DNA of 64,000 nt from an uncultured Burkholderiales bacterium (GCA_963925895.1 CAWUVH010000001.1:12859-76858); one strand, 5' to 3'; positions 1 to 10,989 are shown, numbered from the stretch's first letter. Notes: generated from the letters alone by a model not told the origin. Translations and numbers: made by a program.

Positions 1-1
1 G

Positions 2-1456
2 AGTTTCTGGTCGTTCAACTATATCGATCTCGATGCGCAAAATGGCTCACAGGAAGTATCACTGGACTCAATCCCCAGCATTTGGCCCCGTGTCATAGAC
101 GGATTTGGCATGCCCGACATCCTTTATGGCGAAAAAGAAATCATTTATCGAGTAGAGCGAGGAGACACACTCTCTGGCGTTGCTAAACGCTATGGGGTAA
201 CCGTAAGAGCGCTAAAAACCTGGAATAAACTAAACGGATCATTAATACGAATAGATCAAAAATTATTCATCCATAAAAACGCTCAAGGTAAGCGCGTACA
301 TAATTACGAAAAACGCTATAAGAGTAATCTTGATTATGTAGCACGCATCTTTAACCGCAGCCAGAAGTACATGCACCATATCCTGGCTGAAATAGAGAAA
401 AGAAATATGCCAACCGAGTTGGCCTTACTTCCCATGGTCGAGAGCGCATACTACCCAGTGGCCTACTCTCGAGCACACGCCGCTGGCCTATGGCAATTTA
501 TACCATCGACAGGCAAAAATTACGGCCTAGAACAAACCTGGTGGCGTGATGAGCGAAGAGATGTTATTGCATCCACTACAGCAGCACTGGACTACCTGGA
601 AACATTACATGCCGAGTTCAATGACTGGCAGCTTGTTTTGGCGGCATATAATTGGGGAGAAAATGGGCTGAGGCGAGCGATTAAACGCAACAAGAAGCGA
701 GGCAAAGGAACCACATATTTCGACCTAAAAATGCCAAAAGAGACAAGAAATTATGTCCCCAAACTACAAGCCATTAAAAACATTATCCTTGAAGCACACG
801 CAGGTTCTCTGGCATTACCACATGTGGCGGACTATGCATATTTCACACCTGTACACGTCTCTAACCTCATAGATATAAAATTAGCCGCTAAATTTGCAGA
901 CATTGATATAGAAGAATTTGAAATGCTGAACCCGTCACATAATCGCCCAATCTTCACAACAGATGGGGGGAGCTTAATGCTCATCCCGAGCGATCGGACG
1001 GAAATATTTAAAAAGAATCTAAATAATCATAAAGCCCCATTACTAAGCTGGGGGACCTACCAATTCAAAAAAGGAGATACGCTTTCTCAGACGGCTAAGC
1101 AATTCAACATCAGCGTCGACAAGCTCCGCGCCATCAATGGCTTAAAACCATATTTCCCGATACAGGTAGGTCAATCGGTACTTGTACCTTGGCCCTCCGA
1201 GTCACAGCCCTCGAATCTAAATGAAACCTGGCAGCTTCCTGAGTTCTCTCAACCCAACTCACTGTATGGCAAAGAGATCGTTTATCGAATTAAATCGGGA
1301 GATACTCTCTCTGGAATCGCTAAACGCTACGGAGTATCCATCAAGGCGCTTAAAACGTGGAATAAGCTGAGTGGGTCCTCGATACGAGTAGCTCAAAAAT
1401 TAGTCATTTATAAAGACTTTACAATTCCGAGTGTATCTCAGATGCTAGGGCGTTAA
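2..1456 (+). CDS. mltD: MltD-like membrane-bound lytic murein transglycosylase (SLT core plus three LysM modules); 5' end lies outside the window
   Basis: The reading frame is open from nt 2 (…SIWPRVIDGFG) into the ORF-track ATG at 110, and there is no signal peptide, so the true start is upstream of the window. SLT motifs are present: ELALLPMVESAY, AAGLWQFIPSTG, AAYNWGE. LysM modules: YRVERGDTLSGVAKRYGV, FKKGDTLSQTAKQFNI, YRIKSGDTLSGIAKRYGV. Confidence 0.8.
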   Translation, partial: SFWSFNYIDLDAQNGSQEVSLDSIPSIWPRVIDGFGMPDILYGEKEIIYRVERGDTLSGVAKRYGVTVRALKTWNKLNGSLIRIDQKLFIHKNAQGKRVHNYEKRYKSNLDYVARIFNRSQKYMHHILAEIEKRNMPTELALLPMVESAYYPVAYSRAHAAGLWQFIPSTGKNYGLEQTWWRDERRDVIASTTAALDYLETLHAEFNDWQLVLAAYNWGENGLRRAIKRNKKRGKGTTYFDLKMPKETRNYVPKLQAIKNIILEAHAGSLALPHVADYAYFTPVHVSNLIDIKLAAKFADIDIEEFEMLNPSHNRPIFTTDGGSLMLIPSDRTEIFKKNLNNHKAPLLSWGTYQFKKGDTLSQTAKQFNISVDKLRAINGLKPYFPIQVGQSVLVPWPSESQPSNLNETWQLPEFSQPNSLYGKEIVYRIKSGDTLSGIAKRYGVSIKALKTWNKLSGSSIRVAQKLVIYKDFTIPSVSQMLGR

Positions 1457-1488
1457 AATAACGACCACAATTATCAAATGGTAAATCA

Positions 1489-2277
1489 ATGGGACTCCTT
1501 ACTGACAAAAAATTATTAATTACGGGCCTTCTAAGCAATCGGTCAATCGCTTATGGGATTGCTAAAGCGGCCATGCGGGAAGGGGCTACCCTCGCGTTCA
1601 GTTACGCAGGCGGTGAGAAAATAGAAAAAAGAGTTAGAGATCTTGCGAAGGACTTTAATACCGACCTCGTACTCCCCTGCGATGTTGGCAGCGACGAAGA
1701 AATTCATGCGCTTTTCGATTCATTAAAGACTGAGTGGGGACACCTTGATGGGCTCGTGCACTCAATTGCATTTGCGCCAAGAGAATCATTAAGCGGTAGC
1801 TATCTTGACTCCGTGACGAGGGAAGCATTTCAAGTTGCCCATGACATCAGCTCTTACAGCTTCTCAGCCCTCGCTCAAGCAGCTCATCCATTAATGGTGG
1901 GACGCAATGCGTCACTACTGGCATTGACGTATTTAGGGTCACAACGAGCATTTCCCAGCTACAACGTCATGGGCTTGGCAAAGGCCAGTCTTGAAGCTAA
2001 TGTGCGCTACATGGCTCATAGCCTTGGCTCCGACAATATCCGGGTCAATGCGATCTCTGCAGGCCCAATCAAAACCTTGGCTGCCGCAGGTATTGGAAGC
2101 TTCTCCAAACTACTGTCATTTGCAGCTAAAACAGCCCCTTTGAAAAGAAATGTAACCACCGAGGAAGTTGGGAACGCCGCTGCTTTTCTTCTTAGTAATT
2201 TAGCAAGCGGCATTACTGGGGAAATAACGTACGTTGATGCAGGTTTTAACACTGCCGGAGTAGCCCCATTAGACTAA
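1489..2277 (+). CDS. fabI: enoyl-[acyl-carrier-protein] reductase (NADH) FabI
   Basis: 262 aa. N-terminus KKLLITGLLSNRSIAYGIAKA, then HSIAFAP and SYNVMGLAKASLEANVRY (Tyr/Lys catalytic region), typical of FabI-type SDRs. Confidence 0.93.
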   Translation: MGLLTDKKLLITGLLSNRSIAYGIAKAAMREGATLAFSYAGGEKIEKRVRDLAKDFNTDLVLPCDVGSDEEIHALFDSLKTEWGHLDGLVHSIAFAPRESLSGSYLDSVTREAFQVAHDISSYSFSALAQAAHPLMVGRNASLLALTYLGSQRAFPSYNVMGLAKASLEANVRYMAHSLGSDNIRVNAISAGPIKTLAAAGIGSFSKLLSFAAKTAPLKRNVTTEEVGNAAAFLLSNLASGITGEITYVDAGFNTAGVAPLD

Positions 2278-2294
2278 TCCGGTAACTAATTTGA

Positions 2295-4202
2295 CTAGTT
2301 ATTAAGACTCTCCGAGTCGCTTTTGATACGAACATTCGCATTTTCACGCAGACTTGCAATGTATGCGCTCATCTGTTGCTGCATGAGCATCTGAGCTAAC
2401 TGCCTTTTTGCGGTACTCAAATCGTCGTCTGTAACCTCTTCTAAATCAACCACCTTGGTTACCCGAAAGATGACATAACGACCATCATCAATGGTCATCC
2501 CTACATGAGCAGGCAATTCATCTTTGGAAACGCCAAAAATAGCTCTCAGGCCCTCCGGATGCAGGCCTTGCCGTTTTACCAACGTAACCATCCCTGGTTT
2601 AGACCAATCGTCTGAAGTGGCTTCGTCACCGCCTTGAATGGCAGCGAGAGTAGATTCACCCTCCAAAACGACTTTATCGAGAGCACCCTGCGATTTAAGA
2701 AAGTCCTTAATTTCACCTGCAACATCCTCGAATTTCATCTCTTCTTCGAGCGCATACTCAATCACCCGCGCAGCCACTAATGTTTTAGGCTGCACTTCAA
2801 AGGCTTCTGTATTGCGTTTCTCTTCCAGTGACTCTGCAGAAAATATAGCTTGAAGGAGCTCTGGTTTTTCGAGAAGTGTGTTGTAGCCTGCGCTTTCACG
2901 ACTCACCCAATCGCTGGTTTGTATGGTGAGACCCAATTCATCAGCAACCGGTCCGAGACTGTCGTAGTCGGTATACACCCGATCGCTAAATGTTTGCGAG
3001 GCAGTGAGATATGTATCGTCAACTTTAGATTGACGCACACCTTTTTCAATCTCTTCCCTCGCATCTTCAAAAGATGTGGTGTTGACTGCTTTAACATCAT
3101 CGATACGGATGATGTGGTAACCGTACTGCGTCTCAATAGGACCAACAATGGATCCGATTTCGGACTCAAACAATGCTTTATCAAAGGACTCAACCATGAG
3201 ACCACGTTGCACGAAACCAAGATCACCTTCACTTTCAGCCGACCCGGGATCATTTGAAAACTCTTGAGCCAAGGCTCCAAACTGAGCAGGATCCCTCTTC
3301 ACAATTTGCAGCAGCTCCTCAGAACGCGAACGAGCAGCAAATTTTTCAGCATCAGATCCTTCTTCTATCACTGAAATTAGTATATGACTCGCCCTACGTT
3401 CTTCAACACCTTGGAACTCAGCAATTCGATCTTCATAGGACTGACGCAGTTCGTCCTCAGAAATGGAGACAGAAGCTGCAGCTGACTCTTCATTGAGCAC
3501 TAAATATTCAACCTTTGCGCGCTCTGGAAGTTTAAATAGATTCTTGTTGTCATCAAAATATTTTCGCACGTCTTCATCAGTTACTTCGATCGATTCTCGA
3601 TACTTAGCGGGAGAAAAAATTAACTGACTGACCTCTCGCTGCTGACCACGCTGCCTGACTAACCGACTCACAACTGAGTCTGAAACGATAGCGCTCTGAG
3701 TGATAACGTTTTGTAGCCGCCCCACCAACAAATCTTGCTCGATTTGAGACTCAAATTCGGCCGGCACTAAATTTTGCGCGCGCAAGAGTCGTTCATATTT
3801 TTCGACGGAAAACGCACCTGAATCATCAAAGAATGCGGGAACAGCTCCAATCACCTCTGTCAACTCCTCTGGAGAGACCATCATGCCCATACTCCTGGCC
3901 TGATTCAGTAACAAGCGACGTTGGATCATGTTATTTAATATTGAATTCTTGAATTCAGCAGTTTGCAGATACTCAGCGGCTTGTGGGTTTGCTTGGGTCT
4001 GAGGTCGGAGCCGATCTTGCTCTTGGCTGACCATCATGGCTAATTCCTGACGCGAGATTATTGACTTCCCAACTTCCGCAATAATCTCTGCTGAATTACC
4101 GGAGCTAAAATAAGAACCGACACCAATAGACGCGAACGTCAAAACGATTAAAACCAGTATCGCCTGCGAGAATATTTTGTACTTACTTAAGAAGTCAAAC
4201 AT
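2295..4202 (-). CDS. ppiD: periplasmic chaperone / peptidyl-prolyl isomerase PpiD
   Basis: 635 aa with an N-terminal membrane anchor (IFSQAILVLIVLTFASIGVGSYF), a parvulin-like segment (ASHILI…GDLGFV…YGYHIIRI), and the conserved position downstream of lon-hupB. Confidence 0.9.
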   Translation of the reverse strand: MFDFLSKYKIFSQAILVLIVLTFASIGVGSYFSSGNSAEIIAEVGKSIISRQELAMMVSQEQDRLRPQTQANPQAAEYLQTAEFKNSILNNMIQRRLLLNQARSMGMMVSPEELTEVIGAVPAFFDDSGAFSVEKYERLLRAQNLVPAEFESQIEQDLLVGRLQNVITQSAIVSDSVVSRLVRQRGQQREVSQLIFSPAKYRESIEVTDEDVRKYFDDNKNLFKLPERAKVEYLVLNEESAAASVSISEDELRQSYEDRIAEFQGVEERRASHILISVIEEGSDAEKFAARSRSEELLQIVKRDPAQFGALAQEFSNDPGSAESEGDLGFVQRGLMVESFDKALFESEIGSIVGPIETQYGYHIIRIDDVKAVNTTSFEDAREEIEKGVRQSKVDDTYLTASQTFSDRVYTDYDSLGPVADELGLTIQTSDWVSRESAGYNTLLEKPELLQAIFSAESLEEKRNTEAFEVQPKTLVAARVIEYALEEEMKFEDVAGEIKDFLKSQGALDKVVLEGESTLAAIQGGDEATSDDWSKPGMVTLVKRQGLHPEGLRAIFGVSKDELPAHVGMTIDDGRYVIFRVTKVVDLEEVTDDDLSTAKRQLAQMLMQQQMSAYIASLRENANVRIKSDSESLNN

Positions 4203-4249
4203 GTGGGGAACCTAAAAAACTGTCTCAAATTATCAATGACGTAGATTAA

Positions 4250-4280
4250 CAAAAAAGGCGAACTTGCGTTCGCCTTTTTC
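4250..4280 (-). terminator. rho-independent terminator after tRNA-Asp, with T/A tracts on both sides (bidirectional)
   Basis: Perfect 8-bp stem AGGCGAAC (4256-4263) / GTTCGCCT (4268-4275) with loop TTGC. It is flanked by A6 on the plus strand (a U-tract on the minus transcript) and by TTTTT. Confidence 0.7.
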
Positions 4281-4284
4281 ATAT

Positions 4285-4361
4285 TGGCGGAGTGGACGGG
4301 ACTCGAACCCGCGACCCCCGGCGTGACAGGCCGGTATTCTAACCAACTGAACTACCACTCC
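4285..4361 (-). tRNA. tRNA-Asp (GUC)
   Basis: The reverse complement GGAGTGGTAGTTCAGTTGGTTAGAATACCGGCCTGTCACGCCGGGGGTCGCGGGTTCGAGTCCCGTCCACTCCGCCA folds as a cloverleaf. Anticodon loop CTGTCAC, T-loop GGTTCGAGTCC, encoded CCA. Confidence 0.95.
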
Positions 4362-4373
4362 TTAACAACGGTC

Positions 4374-4449
4374 TGGTGGGTGCTGAGAGGCTCGAACTCC
4401 CGACATTCGCCTTGTAAGGGCGACGCTCTACCAGCTGAGCTAAGCACCC
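4374..4449 (-). tRNA. tRNA-Val (UAC)
   Basis: Reverse complement GGGTGCTTAGCTCAGCTGGTAGAGCGTCGCCCTTACAAGGCGAATGTCGGGAGTTCGAGCCTCTCAGCACCCACCA. Anticodon loop CTTACAA, encoded CCA. Confidence 0.95.
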
Positions 4450-4512
4450 GAAGAATCTTAAGTATGAACTTAAGCTTCCGAGAAACTATCCGTACTAATT
4501 GCGAAAAGCGCG

Positions 4513-4785
4513 CTAGTTTACTGCATCCTTAAGCGCTTTACCAGCCCGAAATTTAGGAGACTTAGAAGCTTTAATTTTAATGCTCTCACCTGTACGAGGA
4601 TTTCTTCCCATACGCTCTCCTCTTTCTGCAACCAGGAAGCTACCAAACCCAACAATCGTGACTTGATCTCCAGCCTTGAGCGCCCCAGTTATAGCTGCTG
4701 TAACGCCGTCTAATGCCCGCTCTGCAGCGGCTTTAGAAATGTCGGCCGCAGCCGCCATCGCCTCTACTAATTCTGATTTATTCAT
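4513..4785 (-). CDS. hupB: DNA-binding protein HU-beta
   Basis: 90 aa from the internal Met: [27 protein letters not shown]…GFGSF…RNPRTGE. The ORF-track start at 4845 adds 20 non-homologous residues. Confidence 0.93.
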   Translation of the reverse strand: MNKSELVEAMAAAADISKAAAERALDGVTAAITGALKAGDQVTIVGFGSFLVAERGERMGRNPRTGESIKIKASKSPKFRAGKALKDAVN

Positions 4786-4910
4786 ATCAAATCCTTTCGT
4801 TTTAATTATTATAAAAATACTTAATTGACCAGATCTCTGGCCCATCTCTTAATCTCTCATCAATGAAACCATCGAAATGTTTTTCTTAACGCCTCTACAT
4901 CCCCTGCTAC

Positions 4911-4939
4911 TTATAACAAGTCCAATTTATACGTGTCAA
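4911..4939 (-). promoter_or_regulatory. candidate sigma-70 promoter for hupB
   Basis: The minus strand reads TTGACA (4939-4934), a 17-nt spacer, then TTATAA (4916-4911), about 125 nt upstream of the hupB ATG. This is a pattern match only. Confidence 0.35.
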
Positions 4940-4995
4940 GCTTACTGCGTTAAAAAACGTAATAAATTCACATGATCAACCTTGACACTCATTTT

Positions 4996-7413
4996 TTAAT
5001 GCTTTAACCGAGAAGATTTCCCAGTATTATTTTCAGCTGGCGGGATTGCAACTCCTTCAGACTGTTCGACCGGCAGAGGTATTGGAGGATGTTCTAAAGC
5101 GATATCAAGTGCCTCATCTATCCATTTTACGGGACGAATTTCTAATTGACCTTTTATGTTTTCGGGTATTTCTACCAAGTCTTTTATATTTTCCTGGGGT
5201 ATTAACACCGTCTTAATACCTCCCCTATGAGCTGCTAATAGTTTTTCTTTTAAACCACCAATCGCAAGCACTTCGCCTCTCAGTGTGATTTCACCGGTCA
5301 TTGCGACGTCGCATCGCACAGGTATCTTAGTGATAGACGAAACCAGTGCGATGGTCATCGCGACACCAGCAGACGGGCCATCTTTTGGTGTGGCACCCTC
5401 CGGAACATGCACGTGGATGTCGTGCTTCTCAAAAACGTCATCAGGGATCCCTAAAACATGGGCTCGAGAGCGAACAACTGAGCGAGCTGCCTCAACTGAC
5501 TCCTTCATCACGTCACCTAGGGAACCCGTGCGCTGTATCGTTCCTTTTCCGGGAAGAATAACTGACTCAATGGTTAAAAGCTCTCCTCCCACTTCGGTCC
5601 AAGCCAAACCAGTGACCTGACCGATTTGATTTTTCTTTTCAGCAATTCCGAAACTGAATTTGCGCACACCGAGATATTTATCTAAGTTTTTACCATTTAC
5701 ATTTATCTTTTTAGAGATTTTTTTTACTGAAATAGCGGTCACCACTTTACGGCAGATCTTTGAGATTTCTCTTTCCAAAGAACGCACACCAGCCTCTCGA
5801 GTGTAGTACCTAACAATATCCCTGATGGCACCATCTGAAATGGAGATCTCATCTTCCTCAACGCCATTGTTCTTCAGCTGTTTTGGTAACAGGTAACGAA
5901 GAGCAATATTTATTTTTTCGTCCTCCGTGTAACCGGCCAAGCGAATGACCTCCATCCGGTCCAATAAAGGGCCTGGGATATTTAGCGAGTTAGCAGTCGC
6001 CACGAACATCACATCGGACAAGTCGTAGTCGACTTCTACGTAGTGATCTGCAAATTTATCGTTTTGCTCTGGATCCAAGACTTCAAGTAGCGCCGATGAC
6101 GGATCACCACGGAAATCCATACCCATTTTATCAACTTCATCGAATAGAAATAGTGGGTTTCGTACTGCAACCTTGGTCATGTTTTGCAGAACTTTACCGG
6201 GCATCGACCCGATATATGTCCTTCTATGTCCACGAATTTCAGATTCATCTCGGACGCCACCTAATGACATTCGTGTGAACTTACGATTAGTCGCCTTGGC
6301 AATTGACTGGCCTAATGAGGTCTTACCAACCCCTGGAGGGCCCACAAGACAAAGAATCGGAGCTTTTAGTTTATCTACACGCTGCTGGACTGCAAGGTAC
6401 TCGATGATTCGTTCTTTTACTTTATCTAACCCATAGTGATCTTCGTTCAGGATACGCTCAGCGGCCTTGAGGTCAGTCGCAACTTTACTTTTCTTCTTCC
6501 AGGGCAAACCAATCAAAGTCTCTATGTAGTTCCTAACCACCGATGCCTCCGCCGACATTGCGGACATTAATTTCAATTTTTTCAACTCTCCATCAGCCTT
6601 ACTTTTAGCCTCTTTCGGCATGCGGGCTAATTTAATTTTTTTCTCAAGCTCCTCGATATCCGCACCATCTTCTGAATCACCCAACTCTTTTTGTATCGCC
6701 TTAACTTGCTCGTTCAGATAGTACTCTCGCTGACTCTTTTCCATCTGGCGCTTCACGCGCCCCCGAATACGACGTTCGACCTGCATGATATCCAACTCGG
6801 ACTCTAACAAAGCCAATAAGTGTTCGAGACGCTTTTTTACGTCAGCCAACTCCAACACTTCTTGCTTCTGACCGATTTTTAATGGCAGGTGAGCAGCGAC
6901 TGTATCAGCTAATCTACCAGCCTCATCAACGCCTGCTAGGGTGGTCAGGATCTCCGGCGGTATTTTCTTATTAACCTTAACGTACTGCTCAAATTGCGTG
7001 ACCAGAGCTCTGCGCATACCCTCCAGCTTGGATGCGTCACCAGTTGTTGACTCGATTTCTTTAATCTCGCAACTGAGGTGTGTTTCCTCGTCCAGCACGC
7101 GCTCCACGCGAGCCCGATTAACGCCCTCGACTAAAACCTTAACAGTCCCATCGGGAAGCTTGAGCATTTGAAGAATGTTGGCAATGCTGCCAACTTGATA
7201 CAGGTCCGAGGCATCAGGATCGTCCTTCGCTGCAGTTTTTTGAGCGACGAGCATGACATGCTTGCCCGCTTCCATTGCTACTTCCAACGCTTTATTTGAT
7301 TTTGCGCGCCCAACGAACAGTGGTATCACCATGTGAGGAAAGACGACGACATCTCTAAGAGGAATTAGAGGGTACGTACTATTTGTCTCATTTTCCTGAA
7401 GCTTCTCACTCAT
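4996..7413 (-). CDS. lon: ATP-dependent protease Lon
   Basis: 805 aa. LON N-domain (PLIPLRDVVVFPHMVIPLFVGR), Walker A GPPGVGKTS, and proteolytic Ser motif PKDGPSAG. Confidence 0.97.
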   Translation of the reverse strand: MSEKLQENETNSTYPLIPLRDVVVFPHMVIPLFVGRAKSNKALEVAMEAGKHVMLVAQKTAAKDDPDASDLYQVGSIANILQMLKLPDGTVKVLVEGVNRARVERVLDEETHLSCEIKEIESTTGDASKLEGMRRALVTQFEQYVKVNKKIPPEILTTLAGVDEAGRLADTVAAHLPLKIGQKQEVLELADVKKRLEHLLALLESELDIMQVERRIRGRVKRQMEKSQREYYLNEQVKAIQKELGDSEDGADIEELEKKIKLARMPKEAKSKADGELKKLKLMSAMSAEASVVRNYIETLIGLPWKKKSKVATDLKAAERILNEDHYGLDKVKERIIEYLAVQQRVDKLKAPILCLVGPPGVGKTSLGQSIAKATNRKFTRMSLGGVRDESEIRGHRRTYIGSMPGKVLQNMTKVAVRNPLFLFDEVDKMGMDFRGDPSSALLEVLDPEQNDKFADHYVEVDYDLSDVMFVATANSLNIPGPLLDRMEVIRLAGYTEDEKINIALRYLLPKQLKNNGVEEDEISISDGAIRDIVRYYTREAGVRSLEREISKICRKVVTAISVKKISKKINVNGKNLDKYLGVRKFSFGIAEKKNQIGQVTGLAWTEVGGELLTIESVILPGKGTIQRTGSLGDVMKESVEAARSVVRSRAHVLGIPDDVFEKHDIHVHVPEGATPKDGPSAGVAMTIALVSSITKIPVRCDVAMTGEITLRGEVLAIGGLKEKLLAAHRGGIKTVLIPQENIKDLVEIPENIKGQLEIRPVKWIDEALDIALEHPPIPLPVEQSEGVAIPPAENNTGKSSRLKH

Positions 7414-7487
7414 GTTTGGACCTTTAGCGTTATCAGACTGACTTCATACATTGAGACAAAATACAAAAATTCAAGACCAAACAAACA

Positions 7488-8771
7488 TTATGCGTTCGAT
7501 GCTAGTGGTTCGGATGCAGCGTCACCCTTGTCGGAGTAAATCAAAAGTGGTTTCGTTCCCTCCAACACAGAGCTTCCGTCCACAACGACCTTCTCAACGT
7601 TTTTTATCGAAGGGAGCTCATACATCACATCAAGCAGCACGCTCTCAATAATCGACCTGAGACCCCTTGCTCCCGTTTTTCTTTCAACTGATTTTCTGGC
7701 AATCACGGAAAGTGCGTCAGATCTAATATCTAACTCAACACCTTCCATAGCAAACATTTTTTTATATTGCTTAACCAGTGAGTTTTTTGGTTCAATTAGT
7801 ATTTGTATCAGCGCCTTTTCATCTAACTCTTCTAACGTCGCCAACACCGGTAGCCTGCCAACAAACTCAGGTATCAAACCGAACTTAATCAAATCCCCTG
7901 GCTCGACGCTTTTTAACACGTGGCCAATATCTCGAGCAACATTTTTGGGCTTCACTTCCGCGCCAAAACCAATGCCGCTTTTATCAGATCGGTCTCTGAT
8001 GATTTTTTCTAACCCATCAAATGCGCCCCCACAGATGAACAGAATATTACTGGTATCTACCTGGACGAATTCCTGATTCGGATGTTTACGACCACCCTGG
8101 GGTGGCACCGATGCAATGGTTCCCTCAATAAGCTTAAGAAGTGCTTGTTGAACACCCTCACCAGAAACATCCCGCGTGATTGATGGATTATCGGTTTTTC
8201 TTGAAACTTTATCGATCTCGTCAATATAGACGATGCCTCTTTGAGCGCGATCAACATCATAGTCACACTTTTGCAGAAGCTTTTGAATGATGTTTTCTAC
8301 ATCTTCGCCCACATAACCAGCCTCGGTAAGGGTCGTGGCATCGGCCATCACAAAGGGTACATTCAATAAACGCGCAAGCGTTTGAGCAAGTAGTGTTTTG
8401 CCTGAACCAGTGGGGCCAACCAGTAATATATTAGACTTAGACAGCTCAACGCCGTCGTCAACGGTCTCGTGCAACCGTCGATAATGGTTATAAACCGCAA
8501 CTGAAAGAATACGTTTTGCTAATTCCTGTCCAATAACGTACTCATCAAGACTCTCTCTAATTTCCTTAGGAACAGGTAAAGATGATGACTTATCCTCGGA
8601 ACCCGTCTCAGCTAGCGCCTCTTCTAGAATAATATCGTTACACAGCTCAATGCATTCATCGCAGATGAACACAGAAGGCCCTGCTATTAACTTTTTTACC
8701 TCTTGTTGACTCTTTCCGCAAAAAGAGCAATAAAGAAGCTTGTCTGTACTACTGTCGTTATTTTCAGTCAT
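7488..8771 (-). CDS. clpX: ATP-dependent Clp protease ATP-binding subunit ClpX
   Basis: 427 aa. Zinc-finger CSFCGKSQ…CDECI, Walker A GPTGSGKT, and IYIDEIDK. Confidence 0.97.
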   Translation of the reverse strand: MTENNDSSTDKLLYCSFCGKSQQEVKKLIAGPSVFICDECIELCNDIILEEALAETGSEDKSSSLPVPKEIRESLDEYVIGQELAKRILSVAVYNHYRRLHETVDDGVELSKSNILLVGPTGSGKTLLAQTLARLLNVPFVMADATTLTEAGYVGEDVENIIQKLLQKCDYDVDRAQRGIVYIDEIDKVSRKTDNPSITRDVSGEGVQQALLKLIEGTIASVPPQGGRKHPNQEFVQVDTSNILFICGGAFDGLEKIIRDRSDKSGIGFGAEVKPKNVARDIGHVLKSVEPGDLIKFGLIPEFVGRLPVLATLEELDEKALIQILIEPKNSLVKQYKKMFAMEGVELDIRSDALSVIARKSVERKTGARGLRSIIESVLLDVMYELPSIKNVEKVVVDGSSVLEGTKPLLIYSDKGDAASEPLASNA

Positions 8772-8842
8772 GAAACACTATTGATTTTTTCAAATTTAAA
8801 TATCTCTAACAGAAATTGTGACACGATTTAACGCATCAGTTT

Positions 8843-9466
8843 CTAACTTCTTTTAGACAACACCTCATCAACCAAACCGTACGTTACGGCCTCCTCGGCT
8901 CCGAGGAAATTATCTCGATCGGTATCGTTTTTTATCTCGTCAATGGGTTTCCCCGTATGTTTCGACAACAAACCGTTTAAGCGATCTTTGAGATAAAGGA
9001 TCTCTTTCGCGTGGATTTCAATATCAGACGCTTGCCCTTGGAAACCGCCAAGTGGTTGATGAATCATCACACGAGAGTTAGGAAGCACGAACCGTTTACC
9101 TTTTTGACCAGCTGTTAGCAAAAACGCTCCCATACTCGCCGCCTGTCCGATGCACAAAGTACTCACGTCGGGCTTAATAAACTGCATGGTGTCATAAATA
9201 GCCATACCCGCCGAGACGACCCCACCTGGTGAGTTGATGTAAAGCGAAATGTCTTTATCAGGGTTCTCAGACTCGAGAAACAAGAGCTGCGCAACCACTA
9301 AGTTCGCAGTTAAGTCATTTACCGGGCCTACCAGGAAGATAACTCGCTCTTTTAGGAGGCGTGAGTAAATATCATAGGCTCGTTCTCCGCGGCCACTTTG
9401 CTCAATGACCATCGGCACCATTCCAAGTGCAGTGGGTGCTTGGTAGTCCCCGCTATTCATCGTCAT
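8843..9466 (-). CDS. clpP: ATP-dependent Clp protease proteolytic subunit ClpP
   Basis: 207 aa. [29 protein letters not shown], catalytic-Ser region GQAASMGA, and MIHQP. There is a 4-nt overlap with the tig stop. Confidence 0.95.
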   Translation of the reverse strand: MTMNSGDYQAPTALGMVPMVIEQSGRGERAYDIYSRLLKERVIFLVGPVNDLTANLVVAQLLFLESENPDKDISLYINSPGGVVSAGMAIYDTMQFIKPDVSTLCIGQAASMGAFLLTAGQKGKRFVLPNSRVMIHQPLGGFQGQASDIEIHAKEILYLKDRLNGLLSKHTGKPIDEIKNDTDRDNFLGAEEAVTYGLVDEVLSKRS

Positions 9467-10770
9467 TGATCTATACCCATGAGTTCATTAAAGCTCAACT
9501 CAACTTCCTTTAACTGCGCTTTTCCTAAGGCCCAAGAGACCACATTTTTCTCAACAACAAACGATTCTATCTCTCTCAAATGTTGAGTATTTTTGTAGTA
9601 CCAATCTCGAACTTCTTGGGGCTTTTCATATCCAGTCGCCATTTCCTCAACCACTTCTTTAAGTTGATCAGGCTTAGGCTGCAATTCATTTTTTTCTGCG
9701 ACGTGGGCAATGATTAATCCTAGCTTAACGCGACGCGTCGCTTCTTCGACGAACATCTCTTTGGGAAGGGTAACATCCCCAACTTTCATTCCTCGAGATT
9801 CCATATTCTGCTTCATTTGCTCAGAAAGTCTCTGCCCCTCTTCATCAATCAAAGCTTGAGGCACGTCAAACTCCACCTGATCAAGCAACACCTTCATAAC
9901 AAGATCTTTTTGGCGCGACTCCAACCGTTTAGCCACCTCGGTTTCGACGTTTTTCTTAACGTCAACACGAAGCTTTGCTACATCGCCATCCTCAAAACCT
10001 AGCTTCTTAGCAAAATCTGAGTCAATTTCAGGTAAAACTGCACCCAAAACCTCGTGAACCTTAACTTCAAACAGAGCTTTTTTCCCCGCTAAATCTTTGC
10101 TGGGATAATCCTCAGGAAACTGCACGTCAAAGGACTTTTCATCGGCAGCTTTCAATCCCGTCAACCCATTTTCAAAATCAGCAACTAACCGACCCTCTCC
10201 AAGGGGCATCACTACACCCTCGCCAGCCCCCCCCTCAAAAGGCTCGCCATCGACCGATCCTTTAAAATCTAATTTTATTTGATCTCCACTCTCTGCGGCT
10301 TTGTCTTGAGCGACAAAAGTAGCTCGTTGTTTTTGCATGATGCCAATAGTTGAATCAACTTCTGCATCTCCAACATTGACTGTAGCCTTATCAATTGTGC
10401 ACGTCGTAATATCCTTTACTTCGATTGAGGGATAAACCTCGAAGGTGGCGCTAAACACGAAGGTTTCGTCTCCCTCCGCCTTCGCTTGAACATCGATTTT
10501 AGGAAGCCCGGCTATTTTTAACTCTTTTTGCTCTAGCGCTGCTCCAAAATTCTTTCCAATGACATCACTCATCACTTCACTGCGCACTTGACCACCATGT
10601 TGCTGCTCAACAATCTTCATGGGAACCTTGCCAGGCCTAAACCCCGCTACTTTGACGGTCTTTGACAAATGACCCAGTCGGGAAATCACCTCACTGTTAA
10701 TCTCGGCCATTGGCACAGAAATTGACATTTTTCTTTCTAAGTTACTTACTGTCTCTAATGTCGCGTCCAT
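9463..10770 (-). CDS. tig: trigger factor
   Basis: 435 aa. The N-terminal ribosome-binding motif GFRPGKVP and the position upstream of clpP-clpX-lon support the call. Confidence 0.95.
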   Translation of the reverse strand: MDATLETVSNLERKMSISVPMAEINSEVISRLGHLSKTVKVAGFRPGKVPMKIVEQQHGGQVRSEVMSDVIGKNFGAALEQKELKIAGLPKIDVQAKAEGDETFVFSATFEVYPSIEVKDITTCTIDKATVNVGDAEVDSTIGIMQKQRATFVAQDKAAESGDQIKLDFKGSVDGEPFEGGAGEGVVMPLGEGRLVADFENGLTGLKAADEKSFDVQFPEDYPSKDLAGKKALFEVKVHEVLGAVLPEIDSDFAKKLGFEDGDVAKLRVDVKKNVETEVAKRLESRQKDLVMKVLLDQVEFDVPQALIDEEGQRLSEQMKQNMESRGMKVGDVTLPKEMFVEEATRRVKLGLIIAHVAEKNELQPKPDQLKEVVEEMATGYEKPQEVRDWYYKNTQHLREIESFVVEKNVVSWALGKAQLKEVELSFNELMGIDQ

Positions 10771-10865
10771 ACTCTTCCCAAAAAAGATGTACGTACACCC
10801 TCGCTCGAGTAGTGAGGGGTTACGTTAAAACAGCGCAGCCAGCGCCTCGAACTATTACATAAAGT

Positions 10866-10950
10866 TGGTGCGAAAGGAGAGACTCGAACTCTCACGCCTC
10901 TCGGCGCCAGAACCTAAATCTGGTGCGTCTACCAATTCCGCCACATTCGC
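10866..10950 (-). tRNA. tRNA-Leu (UAG)
   Basis: Reverse complement GCGAATGTGGCGGAATTGGTAGACGCACCAGATTTAGGTTCTGGCGCCGAGAGGCGTGAGAGTTCGAGTCTCTCCTTTCGCACCA. Anticodon loop TTTAGGT, long variable arm, one T-T mismatch in the acceptor stem. Confidence 0.9.
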
Positions 10951-10989
10951 ATACAGCGCATTCTACTATAATCCACATATCCCGGTTAT

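Noticed and set aside
2638-3496. Several 71-135-aa ORFs on both strands inside ppiD
   Set aside because: They are shadow ORFs within a well-supported 635-aa gene, with low-complexity, non-homologous translations. The same applies to the antisense ORFs inside lon, clpX, the GltD-like gene, fhs, ureC, urtB/C/D, dnaE2, lysC, and the methyltransferase (59211-59630) and lyase (56236-56643) genes.
4284-4532. 82-aa plus-strand ORF
   Set aside because: It lies entirely over the minus-strand tRNA-Asp and tRNA-Val genes. The apparent coding potential is an artefact of GC-rich tRNA sequence.
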